Notes: generated by a model not told the origin, from the letters alone. A DNA stretch of 64,000 nt from an uncultured Acidimicrobiales bacterium (GCA_943788915.1 CALSSD010000007.1:124001-188000), one strand, 5' to 3'. Counted from the stretch's first letter, positions 20,701 through 30,614 are shown. Translations and numbers: made by a program.

Positions 20701-20774
20701 AGCAGCACGACGGCGGCTACAACCTTCCATTGCTTACCTAGCCGTGCTCCGTTATTACGCCAGAAAGACTCCAT
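17709..20774 (-). CDS. MMPL/RND-superfamily transporter with a C-terminal Pro/Thr linker and small extra domain
   Basis: Two TM bundles, each with a large extracellular loop. ILIGLGIDFAIQ and IRDFG/LRDFG motifs. (PT)n tract near the C-terminus. Confidence 0.9.
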   Translation of the reverse strand: MESFWRNNGARLGKQWKVVAAVVLLITAALAFGLTRVEFATGQDSYLNPNSQIALDNVEFQDNFGGETVILLFSANDGAADVAGLIEGENLAKLNAVTEEMRSVDNVRSVITPPVSITFSDALLKGAGRSALINAAGRDTDGAAARGADISLSLARLGAVEANDQVLGNPEWNDLLIYGNDNFDLVDGDVVAPADGDRVIRKSLAGTFPNLDGRPINSTAVGGVVLEGNLDLEAQSVATEELLAILDTVELDGFDLTVTGSPVYLKEINDYLKGGMLTLGAIALLVMAVVLAVLFRVRWRLLPLLAVLVGVIWTFSIVGWVGIDLSLVTISGLPILIGLGIDFAIQIQNRVEEEVLLDREDHPVAETLANLAPPLIVAAIAGVVAFLALQLSKVPMIRDFGVLLMIGVAVLVTVGIALTASALGSRDRPVSTGQQGSSLVERLVVKLGSMPTKAGLALVILSIFLFVGGILVEGRTKIESDPVKWIDHGSEVVADIERLESETGFATTLGVIVKANNVYDQNEIDLIHDFTIAAETRDDGAVVASSSLVNALAKIIDIDGATVIAPTEVDIADSGDLMPPDIARVLVSPDQTAAQINLRLAPASLEQRAVTVDELKADLATRIAALDIEADSILLTDLGPDQEAVTATPAGLATVGIGLLENLSSNRAALTYLALCLVGLFLVFRFRSFSRAMLALVPVFLAVGASSLIVGLLGIELSPLTTVSGPLVIATCTEFSVLIFGRYLEERESGLSPREASDTAAGRTGRAFFTSAVTTIGGFAVLMVSPLPLLRDFGLIVTLNVAIALLAALVVMPPMMVWVDSKGWLGTAAQSNPGQAVKLAAPMPSDQTLLAGIGAVAFAAAGVGLYASADTSSGSADTVSYAAVALPTPTPVPTPTPAPTPTPAPTPMPAPTPAAGDPTPTATTVPEEEGSLLDPADFPDEAPAGTFAPALFGLLTDAGIEGNAAHCTIVTSYERAGGEGILVPNLLAGDAASLELVGQAGVDCGVDPVQLQAAIAAGLGG

Positions 20775-21066
20775 ACGTTCGACCGTAAACGAGTCGTTCC
20801 CTCACCAGGAGGGCCTTCGGTCCCTGATTGGAAAGAGGACCAAAGACCTGGGACAACAACCCAGCGACCGCTCACACTGAGACTGTGATCTTTCGTGCTG
20901 CTGGAACCATTGCCGATCGCGCTTCCACCGTTGTGCTGCGGGGAGTAGCACCTTGGGCAGTGATCCCGCTGGGATTGACGGCAATCCAACCGCTGCTGTC
21001 GGTAACCCCAGCCGACGCTGATCGCCCTATCGGTCCGATCACTCAGACACCGAGCGTCATCGCCGC

Positions 21067-23853
21067 ATGAATCGCCCGCTGAACCCGACCGATGCCGCCC
21101 TGTGGGATATCGAACGAGACCCGACACTACGCACCACGATCGTGGCGGTGCTCCATCTCACCAGGCCGGTAAATAGTGCTCGGTTACTCAACGACCTTGA
21201 GGCCACAACTCGCGCCATTCCCAAACTTCGACAACGGGTCGTGGACGGTCCCGCTGGGATTGGAACACCTCACTGGGCGGTGATCCCAGATTTTGCTATT
21301 GCCGACTACGTGACGTTCATAAAGTCGGCACATGTGCCATCCGATGAGCAGATCATCGAAATCAGTCAAGAGCTGGCCAGTGCCGAAATTGACCGCACCG
21401 GCGCACTGTGGTCGTGCACCTATCTTGGTGGCAGTCGTGGGCGCTCAGTCCTGTTTCTCCGGGTTCACCACTCACTCACCGATGGGGTCGGCGGGATCGA
21501 ACTCCTCGATGCCATGCTCGACACAGAACGTAAGTCGCCACCTCGAGACCTTGGTGAGCTCCCTCTACCCCAGTCCGACACATCTGCACATCCGCTAGCG
21601 ATCGCAGGTGTCACCCAAAAAGTGTTGAAGATGCAAGCTGATGTGGTTCGGTCGGCGGTTGCTGCCTCACGTCATCCAGTGGACTCGGGAACAACTGTCT
21701 GGCAAGGCTTGCAGTCAACGTTACGACTGTTGTCACCCGTCTCTTCGGCGTTATCCACCCTGATGGTCGGCCGCAGCTCCAATCGTCACACCCACGTGTT
21801 CGATCTCGAGCTAGAACGCATGCACGCAGCCGCACAAAAACACGGTTGCACGATCAACCACCTGTTATTCGCTGGGGTCATCGAAGGAATCACGCAGTAT
21901 CACTCCCGGGCGGATCACAAGCTCGATGCGCTTCGAGTACTTATGCCGATCAGTTTTCGGGCCAACAACGACGCAACCAGCGGTAACCAGTGGGGTCCGG
22001 TCCGCTTCACTGCACCAACCAACATCGAGGATCCGATTGAACGGTTGCGGGCGATGCGCACCATCTTGGCCCGGTCTGGCCAAGAGCCGGCACTCGAATT
22101 CGGTCAGTCACTTGCAGGTGCGGTACAGCTGCTTCCATCGGTTCTGTCCAGCAACATCGTCTCGGGCATGATGCGCGGTGTCGATGTTGTGATCACCAAC
22201 ATCCCTGGTCTGCAAGAGGACCGCTTCCTTGGAGGGGCTCGGGTCGATCGGGTGTATGCATTCGCGCCAACAGCGGGAGCGGCACTCAACGTTGCCTTGG
22301 TGTCACATCATGGCCGGGCATGTGTCGGTGTCCTCTCAGACCGGGCGGCAATCGCTGACCCCCAAGGTCTGCAGCAACTCATTATCGCCAGCGTGAACGA
22401 CGTGATCTCCGCCGCCGAGAAGACGGAACCGACCCCGTTCGTGGAGCCGACACCTCCGCCACGGGAGAAGGCTGGATCGTCCCGAAGGTTGTCAGCAGTC
22501 GACACCACATTTCTCGAACTTGAATCACCGCGGGCGCCGATGCAGATTGGCGCAGCCATCACGCTCGATGGTCACGGTTTGCGAGACGACGACGGTCGAC
22601 TCCGACTGGACCTCGCTCACCGGCACATTGATGCCAGGCTTGATCGAGTTCCGAACTTTCGGCGCAAGCTTGGTCCGGTTCCATTGGGGCTCGGCCGGCC
22701 GGTGTGGATGGACGATGAGCAGTTCGACATCACTCGTCACGTGAAAGTGACCTCGGTTGTTCAACCGGCAGCTGATCACGACCTACTCGATGTGGCCGCG
22801 TCACTTCATGAGACGCCGCTCGACCGAAACCACCCTTTGTGGGAGATCTGGTTTGTCGACGGCCTGGCTGACGACGACGTCGGCGTAGTTCTGAAGGTGC
22901 ATCATGCACTAGTCGACGGTGTGGGCGGTGTTGAACTCATGGTTGCGTTGTTCGACTTCCAGCCAAACCCCGTGGCCGACATACCGGTATACCGCCGTTC
23001 CAAGTCCGCGCCCAGCCCGACACGGCGGCTTGCCGATGCTGCGGTCGAGCAACTCGTTGACCCGTTTCGTTTGGCCCGATCTACCGGTCGCAAGATCTTG
23101 TCTTCACCGGGCACCGTTCTCGAACAGGCGAAAAGTCTGGCGTCGGCTGCGACCGAGGTGTTACGTCCCGCGGCGGTTGCACCCCGGTCGTCCTTCAATA
23201 CGCCGATCGAGCGTCGCCGGGTTCTTCGCACCGTGTACGTGCCACTCGAGCGAGTAAACGCCGGACGTGCCCCGCTACGAGCAACGGTGAACGATGTCGT
23301 GCTTGCTGCACTTGCAGGCGCGTTTCGCCAGTGGTTGCCGCATCATGGCGACAACATCTTCGACGTTCACGCTGCAGTGCCGGTCTCGATCCGACCCGAT
23401 GGTGCCGACACCGACTCGGGCAATCATGTTGGTGCTGTGCTGGTCACCTTGCCTGTCGGTGAACCGGCGTGGGAACGCCGAGTACAACTCGTGCGCGATC
23501 GCATGCACCGGCTGAAGACATCACACGATGGCGAAGGTGTCGCGCTGGTACTCGACGCCCTCGATCATGTTCCGGCTCCCGGATTGCGGGCAGCTCGCCT
23601 GCTTTCGATACAACGGATGGCCAACCTGGTCGTGACCAATGTGCCAGGACCACGGCAACCGATGTATTTCCTGGGTTCCGAGGTGGAGACGATTGTGCCG
23701 GTTGTCCCGCTTGGCCCGAACATGGGAATCGGCGTTGCGGTCACGTCGTATCGCGATGATCTCACCATCGGCATCTTTGCGGACCCCGACCTCTGCCCTG
23801 ATATCTCTGCGTTCGCCGCTGCTCTAGACGCCCAGTTCGAGGCCAACCTGTAA
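21067..23853 (+). CDS. Tandem double wax ester synthase/DGAT (two complete WS/DGAT units)
   Basis: Unit 1: PLNPTDA, HHSLTDG, ITNIPG. Unit 2: RLSAVDTTFL, HHALVDG, TVNDV, VTNVPGP. Pro-rich linker between them. Confidence 0.9.
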   Translation: MNRPLNPTDAALWDIERDPTLRTTIVAVLHLTRPVNSARLLNDLEATTRAIPKLRQRVVDGPAGIGTPHWAVIPDFAIADYVTFIKSAHVPSDEQIIEISQELASAEIDRTGALWSCTYLGGSRGRSVLFLRVHHSLTDGVGGIELLDAMLDTERKSPPRDLGELPLPQSDTSAHPLAIAGVTQKVLKMQADVVRSAVAASRHPVDSGTTVWQGLQSTLRLLSPVSSALSTLMVGRSSNRHTHVFDLELERMHAAAQKHGCTINHLLFAGVIEGITQYHSRADHKLDALRVLMPISFRANNDATSGNQWGPVRFTAPTNIEDPIERLRAMRTILARSGQEPALEFGQSLAGAVQLLPSVLSSNIVSGMMRGVDVVITNIPGLQEDRFLGGARVDRVYAFAPTAGAALNVALVSHHGRACVGVLSDRAAIADPQGLQQLIIASVNDVISAAEKTEPTPFVEPTPPPREKAGSSRRLSAVDTTFLELESPRAPMQIGAAITLDGHGLRDDDGRLRLDLAHRHIDARLDRVPNFRRKLGPVPLGLGRPVWMDDEQFDITRHVKVTSVVQPAADHDLLDVAASLHETPLDRNHPLWEIWFVDGLADDDVGVVLKVHHALVDGVGGVELMVALFDFQPNPVADIPVYRRSKSAPSPTRRLADAAVEQLVDPFRLARSTGRKILSSPGTVLEQAKSLASAATEVLRPAAVAPRSSFNTPIERRRVLRTVYVPLERVNAGRAPLRATVNDVVLAALAGAFRQWLPHHGDNIFDVHAAVPVSIRPDGADTDSGNHVGAVLVTLPVGEPAWERRVQLVRDRMHRLKTSHDGEGVALVLDALDHVPAPGLRAARLLSIQRMANLVVTNVPGPRQPMYFLGSEVETIVPVVPLGPNMGIGVAVTSYRDDLTIGIFADPDLCPDISAFAAALDAQFEANL

Positions 23854-24101
23854 AGCACTAGCCGCATCGTGGTGACGCATACGCAACACCGGACTCAATC
23901 TTGTGATCGGCGTTCTCGTGGTAGTGACTGGCCCTGACGCGATCATGCACGTGCTGCGGAATCGCTCTCACAGCCCGGCAACGCCGCCGGTGCACCTCGA
24001 CCGCTTCGACGCGGCACCACGCAATGTCGTCCTGGCAAGACTGATGCACTCGTGGCCATGCTCGCTGCCGACTAGCTTCGCCAGAAGGCACACGAGCAAG
24101 C

Positions 24102-24566
24102 GTGACGAGGACGAGCGAGATGATCGAAGAACATCCGAACGGGGTGCGGACCCGCCCTGCCGCTGACGCGGACCGAGATCGGATCTACCAACTGGTCGAG
24201 ACGTTGACCGGCACCACGCCGACACCGGCATGGGACATCGTCTACGACGCCCATCTCAGCGCAGATCGTGGGGCGATCGTTGTCGCCGAGAACGATGACG
24301 GAATCCTCGGTTGCGCAACAGTCTCCTACAACGTCGCGCTGCGTTATGGCGGCGAGTACTGCGAACTCGAGGAACTGATCGTCGCCGAATCAGCCCGGGG
24401 TCTCAATCTGGGCCGCATCCTGGTGCAACGCACCATCGACGACGCAAAACGCCGCGGTTGCGCCGAGATGGGGCTCTATCTGGTGCCAACAACAGAAGGC
24501 AATCGGGGCTTCTACGAGAAACTCGGCTTCGAAGTGATCGGCACCGAACTTCGCCAACTCTTCTAG
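24102..24566 (+). CDS. GNAT acetyltransferase
   Basis: LEELIVAESARGLNLGRILV and FYEKLGF. Confidence 0.88.
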   Translation: MTRTSEMIEEHPNGVRTRPAADADRDRIYQLVETLTGTTPTPAWDIVYDAHLSADRGAIVVAENDDGILGCATVSYNVALRYGGEYCELEELIVAESARGLNLGRILVQRTIDDAKRRGCAEMGLYLVPTTEGNRGFYEKLGFEVIGTELRQLF

Positions 24567-24857
24567 CCAAACGCTCTGCCCCGTCGATGGGAATCAGCGA
24601 ACGAACACGCCATGACCGAGACCGATGAGAACGAGGCGGTTTCTTCGTCTGCTGCGTCGGGAGGCTGACGCTGACCGTCGGAAGCAGGCAACGGCTCGAC
24701 CATCCCAAACTCATCGATGTCTTCCGCGTGCACTCCACTTCGCCATGTTTCGAACGTGGATGGTCAGTTCGGCTCGCGGGATTGAACGGCTGCCTGGCGA
24801 CGACGGACGTTCTGGCTTCTATGCTCGGGCGTCAGGTTCGACAAGTTGGGGTCAGTG

Positions 24858-25856
24858 ATGACGACGGTGACACTCACCGATGGTGAGATCCATGAGCTGG
24901 CGAAAACATGCCTGCTCAGCAATGGCTGTGACGAGGCGAACGCCACTGCAGCGGCCCGCACAATCAGTTCGGCCGAACGCGACGGCGCCCTGTCACATGG
25001 GCTGTTCCGACTGCCCGGATACGTGGCCTCATTGCGCAGCGGCAAGGTGAATGGCCACGCCGTTCCGAAACACGAGCAGCTGACGGCGGCAGCGATCCGG
25101 ATCGATGGTGACCGCGGCTACGCCCCGCTAGCCATCGAATACGGCACTCCCCTACTCGCCGCCGCGGCCGCAGAAACTGGAGTTGCGGTGCTGCTAATCC
25201 GCAACAGCTTCCACTTTGCTGCGTTGTGGCCCGAGGTCGAAGCGCTCGCGGAAAAGGACCTTGTCGGCCTGGCCTGCACGGTCAACCTGCCAACGGTTGC
25301 GCCATTCGGAGCGAAGACCGCCTTCTTCAGCACAAACCCGATCGCATTCGCGTACCCCCGGCCAGGGAAGGATCCCTATGTGTTCGACATGGCAAGCGCA
25401 GCCAAAGCACGGGGCGACATCGGGATCGCTGCCCGCGACGGCCATGAGTTGCCACCCGGCACCGGCCTTGATGCCGACGGCAACCCAACTACCGATGCCA
25501 CGAAGGTCCACGAGGGCGGCGTGATCCTGCCGTTTGGCGGCTACAAGGGATCGGCCATAGCCACCATGATCGAGCTGCTGGCCGCTGGCCTGGTGGGCGA
25601 CTACTTCAGCTACGAAACCGGCAAGACTGACAACCGCGACGGTGGACCAGCGATTGGCGGTGAATTCATCCTGGCCATGTCACCCCAAGTCCTAGCTGGA
25701 CCGGGTTGGGCAGACCACAGCGAAGACTTCCTGAGCGAACTCGGAGCCATGGATGGTATTCGTTTACCAGGCGAGCGCCGGTTCGCTGCTCGCCGGTCCA
25801 CCGATCCCATCGCCGTGAACGCCGACCTCATTACCTCGATCCGAGCGCTCATCTGA
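24858..25856 (+). CDS. Ldh_2 family (malate/sulfolactate/DpkA-like) oxidoreductase
   Basis: DGALSHGLFRL, NSFHF, TNPIAF, FDMAS and PFGGYKGS. Confidence 0.92.
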   Translation: MTTVTLTDGEIHELAKTCLLSNGCDEANATAAARTISSAERDGALSHGLFRLPGYVASLRSGKVNGHAVPKHEQLTAAAIRIDGDRGYAPLAIEYGTPLLAAAAAETGVAVLLIRNSFHFAALWPEVEALAEKDLVGLACTVNLPTVAPFGAKTAFFSTNPIAFAYPRPGKDPYVFDMASAAKARGDIGIAARDGHELPPGTGLDADGNPTTDATKVHEGGVILPFGGYKGSAIATMIELLAAGLVGDYFSYETGKTDNRDGGPAIGGEFILAMSPQVLAGPGWADHSEDFLSELGAMDGIRLPGERRFAARRSTDPIAVNADLITSIRALI

Positions 25857-25936
25857 CGCAGGCTCGAAACAGCTGTGTCACACACCGGCGTGAACCAACT
25901 TGGGTGCGGAAGCTTGTACTGACGTAGCGTTCGGGT

Positions 25937-27004
25937 ATGGACGTAGGAACGCAACACTTCTTCCCGAGTTATGGCTGGGACAACATCACCGATGGCCAGG
26001 TGTACACCGACGAGGTCGAGCTCGCGCTGATGGCCGAAGATCTGGGCTTCGACGTGGTGTGGGCTGTTGAACACCACTTCGAGGACTACTCGTTTTGCCC
26101 GGACAACACCCAGTTGCTCAGCTACATCGCTGGTAAGACATCGCGTATCGATGTCGGCACTGCAGCGGTGATCATGCCGTGGAATGAGCCAATGCGGGTC
26201 GCGGAAAAGGTGGCCATGCTCGACGAACTCAGCGGAGGACGGGTTCGTTTCGGCATAGGTCGCGGTCTTAGCCGTTTTGAATATGGCCGCATGCGCGGCA
26301 TCGAGATGTCTGAGTCTCGTGAGCGGTTCGACGAAGGTTCCGTCATGGTCATGGATGCACTCGAAACCGGAGTGATCAAAGGCGATGGGCCGTTTTATCC
26401 GCAGGAGCCAGCGCCGATCCGACCGAAGCCAAGTCGTTCCTTCGCTGGTCGCACGTATGCAGTTGCGTCGTCTGACGATTCGATCGATTCATGTGCCCGA
26501 CTCGGTGCTGCGATGGTGATGTTCGCCGATCGCTCTTGGAAGAGCCGACTGCCCAGCATCGAACAGTGGCGCGAGCTGCACCAGAAGTACAACGATTCTC
26601 CCCCGCCGATTCCGTTGGTGTGCGACTTCATCTACTGTCACGAAGACGCCGCCGTTGCGCAGGCCCGGGCCGAAGAACACCTGAGCATCTACCTCGCAAG
26701 CGTGCTGTCGCATTACGAGATCATGGGTGACCACTTCGCGGACCTCAAGGGATACGACGCGTACGCCAAGGCTTCGGGTGCACTCAACAAGATGGGCGAC
26801 GCCGGATTTCTGTCAGGTTTCCTCCAGGCCACGGCGTATGGCACTCCTCAGCAGATCATTGACAAGCTCGCCGAGCGCCGAGCGCTGATCGGCGACTTCG
26901 AGTTTGCACCTGCATTCCGGTTCGGTGGATTGCCCCAGGATCAAGCGGTCGCCAGCATGGAATTGTTCGCTGCCGAGGTGCTTCCCACACTCCATACCTG
27001 GTGA
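25937..27004 (+). CDS. LLM-class flavin-dependent oxidoreductase
   Basis: GFDVVWAVEHHF, PMRVAEKVAMLDELSGGR, GIGRG. Confidence 0.93.
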   Translation: MDVGTQHFFPSYGWDNITDGQVYTDEVELALMAEDLGFDVVWAVEHHFEDYSFCPDNTQLLSYIAGKTSRIDVGTAAVIMPWNEPMRVAEKVAMLDELSGGRVRFGIGRGLSRFEYGRMRGIEMSESRERFDEGSVMVMDALETGVIKGDGPFYPQEPAPIRPKPSRSFAGRTYAVASSDDSIDSCARLGAAMVMFADRSWKSRLPSIEQWRELHQKYNDSPPPIPLVCDFIYCHEDAAVAQARAEEHLSIYLASVLSHYEIMGDHFADLKGYDAYAKASGALNKMGDAGFLSGFLQATAYGTPQQIIDKLAERRALIGDFEFAPAFRFGGLPQDQAVASMELFAAEVLPTLHTW

Positions 27005-27188
27005 GCCGTTGCACGCGTAGCGATCGTGGGCTACCCGTCGACGAGGACAAACCGCCTCGTGCCATTGTCCGAACTCACCAATGCACGTTGACTCTTGCAG
27101 GCGTCGACGATGGTTCCCCAGAGGGGATTCGCACTAGGTTCGACTTCAGCCACTACGGCATAGCTGACAACAACCGATGGAGCGCCCG

Positions 27189-27581
27189 ATGAGTCAACGC
27201 CGAGCCGAGGCGGTTATGCAGACCTACCTCACGCAGGTCTTGAGCAACCGCAAGTTCGAACGTATTGCTGAGTTCGCAGCCGACAACATGGTTGATCACA
27301 CCCAACCCGAGCGTGGCCCCGCAGCGCTCGAAGCACACGCTCGGCGATTCTGCGACAACATCACGGACCTCGAGATCACGGTAGAACGCATATTCGCCAC
27401 AGATGACACGGCCGTGGGCATATGGCGGTGGAGCGGAACGCCGATCCAATCGTGGGGTGTCTCTGCATCGGGCGAGGCGATCTATCCTCGAATCATCGCC
27501 AGCATCTTTCGTCTCGAGGACGACATGGTCGTGGACTACCAGGTCTTCGTCGACGCCGTAGATGTGGCGACCCAGCTATGA
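27189..27581 (+). CDS. SnoaL-like ester cyclase / NTF2-fold protein
   Basis: DNMVDH...DLEITVE...WRWSGT...IFRLEDDMVV. ATGA overlap with the next gene. Confidence 0.75.
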   Translation: MSQRRAEAVMQTYLTQVLSNRKFERIAEFAADNMVDHTQPERGPAALEAHARRFCDNITDLEITVERIFATDDTAVGIWRWSGTPIQSWGVSASGEAIYPRIIASIFRLEDDMVVDYQVFVDAVDVATQL

Positions 27582-28354
27582 GCTATCACGACATCATCGT
27601 CGAGCTCGACGGACACGTTGAAACCATCACCATCAACCGGCCACAAGCCAAGAACTCGCTCACCTATCGCACCTATGACGAGATGGAAGCTGCGGTCCGC
27701 GAATCGACCGCTCGGTGCCTGGTGATTACAGGCGCCGAAGGTGCGTTTTGCGCAGGCGATGATGTGAAGCAGGTGATGGCCAATCCGGACTCGAAACCGG
27801 GTGAGAGCCTGGCCCGTAACCCGCGGACCACGCCGTTGGCAGATGCGCTCTTGCATACCGACATTCCCGTCATTGCTGCGGTAAACGGAGCCGCCGTTGG
27901 ATGGGGCATGGAACTAGCGTTGATGGCCGACATTCGTGTCGCGTCAGAACGAGCCAAGTTCGGCGAGTTGTTCGTGCTTCGGGGCCTGAATTGTGACGTG
28001 CCCGGCATTGGGCGACTGGCAGATGCGGTTGGCCGCGAACGGGCCGCCGAACTGCTGTTTACCGGCGAAGTGATCGATGCCCCTACCGCACACGCAATCG
28101 GTCTGGTGTCGCGGGTCGTGCCCCATGACCAACTCTTGGAGACCGCTTCGGCGTTGGCCCAACGAATCGCCGCCAACCCACCACTTGCCGTTCAGGCAAT
28201 CAAACAGGGCATGCGCGAAGCGCTGGATCCCGACTGGGACGCACTCGGCGTATGGGTGTCACAGAACCTGGCCCGGCTGTTTCAGACCAATGATCACAAA
28301 GAAGGCGTCGCAAGTTTCCTCGAGAAACGCGACGCAACCTATACCGGCACCTAA
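27578..28354 (+). CDS. Enoyl-CoA hydratase/isomerase (crotonase) family
   Basis: ITINRP, AFCAGDD, PVIAAVNGAAVGWGMELALMADIR, EGVASFLEKR. Confidence 0.94.
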   Translation: MSYHDIIVELDGHVETITINRPQAKNSLTYRTYDEMEAAVRESTARCLVITGAEGAFCAGDDVKQVMANPDSKPGESLARNPRTTPLADALLHTDIPVIAAVNGAAVGWGMELALMADIRVASERAKFGELFVLRGLNCDVPGIGRLADAVGRERAAELLFTGEVIDAPTAHAIGLVSRVVPHDQLLETASALAQRIAANPPLAVQAIKQGMREALDPDWDALGVWVSQNLARLFQTNDHKEGVASFLEKRDATYTGT

Positions 28355-28450
28355 GCCCGCCGAGTAACCCGGCCGAACCTCAGTGGCCGCAGCGGGCATA
28401 TGTCGACACATGGGTACCCTCAGGAGCCCGTTTGTTAGGGAACTGACCGC

Positions 28451-29368
28451 TCACTTCGTCGCACTGGCCTGAAACCTGTACAGAATCTGGGCGACCTTCA
28501 CATCGTCGGGGACAACTTCTGTTGGGGCCACCGTCGACTTCTCACCCAGGCTCATCTTCTTGTCGAGAGCGCGACGGGCATAAGAAAGACCCCGATGGGC
28601 ACGGCTCTTTCGGGGACGGTCGCGTCGACTGGGATCGTAGTCAAAGAGGCGACTTCCTGGGATCATCTTGTTGGCGTGAATCGCCGATGTGATGGGATGC
28701 ATCCGGTCATACCAAGGCACGATCGCCGTTGGCACGTGCACTCGTCGCAGGTCGTCATCGTCAAATCCCATCACCGGGGCTTGTGCATGCTTGAGGAACT
28801 GAACCCGCCAGCGTCGCATCACTTCGAGGAAGTGCTGTGGATTCATAGCGAGTAGCGCTGTCCGATTTTCGGGACGGACGGCAGCCAGCCCAGCAAAATG
28901 GTCAAGCGCGCACACTGCTTCCATCCCGCCTTGTTCGCATGCTCGCAGATACTTTCCGTAGTAGTAGTCATCGAGGAACCTGACGGCGAGTGGCCCACCG
29001 CTGATGCCCCACAGCCCAAGACCTGCCGTTCTGCCGGGATAACGCAGCGCGAAGCGAAGAGCGACACGCGCAGTTCGCGACCGTCCGACGATGAAGGCCC
29101 GTTCAATGCCGAGACCGTCGAGCAATTCGTGGAGATCATCAACCCACACATCCTCTTCGGGTTCGTCGAAGTCAAAGTGGATGGAGGAGTGACCACAGTT
29201 GCGGCGATCATGCAGGAGGACGCGACAGCCATGGTGTGACATCGCGGTGGCCAACAGCTCCACTTCGGCGATGGGGTGACGTCCACCCGACATCACGACG
29301 ACCCACGGTCCTGCATCTCCGAGGATCTCGTAATGGATATCAGCGCCATTTGCACGAGCTGTCGGCAT
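28451..29368 (-). CDS. Alpha/beta hydrolase fold protein
   Basis: NGADIHYE, HDRRNCGHS; atypical elbow GRSRTA; DRMHP. Confidence 0.82.
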   Translation of the reverse strand: MPTARANGADIHYEILGDAGPWVVVMSGGRHPIAEVELLATAMSHHGCRVLLHDRRNCGHSSIHFDFDEPEEDVWVDDLHELLDGLGIERAFIVGRSRTARVALRFALRYPGRTAGLGLWGISGGPLAVRFLDDYYYGKYLRACEQGGMEAVCALDHFAGLAAVRPENRTALLAMNPQHFLEVMRRWRVQFLKHAQAPVMGFDDDDLRRVHVPTAIVPWYDRMHPITSAIHANKMIPGSRLFDYDPSRRDRPRKSRAHRGLSYARRALDKKMSLGEKSTVAPTEVVPDDVKVAQILYRFQASATK

Positions 29369-29376
29369 GAGGTGCG

Positions 29377-29754
29377 TCAGATTTCCGCGGGGTTACGGCT
29401 TGGGGGCGGATCACCCTTGTAGAGATTCTTGACGCCACCGTTGCGGTAAGACTCTGCAGCTGCGTCCTTAAACCTGGCAGACGCTTCGTATTCCTCGATT
29501 GGGTATTCGTCATGTTCGGCCACCACTCGAATCTCGGTGACGTCTCTGATGTCGAGATTCAGTTCTGCGGCAATCTCGGCGTCGGTCATCGCCCGCTGAC
29601 GGACCGCGTCGGGAAGGAACTCATTGATGTTGACCTGGTGCGAGTTCGACATACGCACGACCCGGCCTCGGTATTCGCGATACAGCTCAGGGTCGACGAC
29701 GTGGAAGCCCGTCAGCTCACCCCGAGCTGTCGGCCGGTCATCGTGCTCGGTCAC
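29377..29754 (-). CDS. Small hypothetical protein (125 aa) with an HTH-like segment
   Basis: GTG start overlaps the upstream stop (GTGA). Contains MTDAEIAAELNLDIRDVTEIR. Confidence 0.75.
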   Translation of the reverse strand: MTEHDDRPTARGELTGFHVVDPELYREYRGRVVRMSNSHQVNINEFLPDAVRQRAMTDAEIAAELNLDIRDVTEIRVVAEHDEYPIEEYEASARFKDAAAESYRNGGVKNLYKGDPPPSRNPAEI

Positions 29755-30614
29755 TTCAGCATCCTGTTCTCGGCGCCCACCGGGCACACGCGCATACATT
29801 CAAAACACTGGCCCTGGCTCACATTCGAGTACGTGATCGACCACATCGTGCGGGTGAAGTAGCTGCCATACAACATCATCTTGCGACGTTCGGCATCGGG
29901 TTCGGAGAGCACCTTCTCCAGCACCGCCTGATAGCCGGGAACCCAGTAGTGATACACCCGGTCACGGCAGCGATTGGCGTCGTAACGCCGACCAATGACC
30001 AGTCCGTCCTGGATTTGCCCGCCGAGACAACCGCCGTCGTCGATGTTGCACACATCGGTGCACGGGGTCACACCGCGCTGGTCGTACATCTCAACACACG
30101 ACGGAGCCGGGCACGCTGGCTGCTCGATCGGGCCGTCAAACGGAAGTGGCAACGAGGTCAAGATCACCGTGAGGTAGACAAAGCCATGTTCCGGGTGCAG
30201 GACCGGGCCGGCAAGACTGGGGCTACCGGCTCCGGCCGCAACCGCAGCTGCGGTGAAATCAAGAAATGGCTTGTCGTCCTGGTCGGTCGAGGTAGGCACG
30301 TTCATCGCGTAGTAGCCGAGCCGTTCTTCGATCTGGCGAGCCAGTGCGCTGCCGATTGCCGCCATTCGATCGGAAGTGCCGACGGTTTCAAGCACCTCGG
30401 CCCGAGGGCTGTTCCATTCGCCGACCCGTGGTGCACTGCCGCCGAGCACGATCATCGACTTCACCTGCGGGAGTAGATCGCTCGGGCGTTGACCCGGAGC
30501 AACATCGGCGAGCAAATCGGGGTCGCCCACCCGTGCGACCATCGCTCCTCGTTTGAGGACGCCCTCGAGCAATTCGGATTTGACCGTCTGCCAATCAGGT
30601 TCTTCTTCGGTCAC
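29751..30614 (-). CDS. QueG/reductive dehalogenase-like cobalamin + 2x[4Fe-4S] protein (paralog B)
   Basis: RPSDLLPQVKSMIV, AAVAAGAG...LHPEHG...ILTSLPLPFD, CPAPSC-x11-CTDVC, NRC, CFECMRVCP. GTGA overlap with paralog A. Confidence 0.82.
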   Translation of the reverse strand: MTEEEPDWQTVKSELLEGVLKRGAMVARVGDPDLLADVAPGQRPSDLLPQVKSMIVLGGSAPRVGEWNSPRAEVLETVGTSDRMAAIGSALARQIEERLGYYAMNVPTSTDQDDKPFLDFTAAAVAAGAGSPSLAGPVLHPEHGFVYLTVILTSLPLPFDGPIEQPACPAPSCVEMYDQRGVTPCTDVCNIDDGGCLGGQIQDGLVIGRRYDANRCRDRVYHYWVPGYQAVLEKVLSEPDAERRKMMLYGSYFTRTMWSITYSNVSQGQCFECMRVCPVGAENRMLK

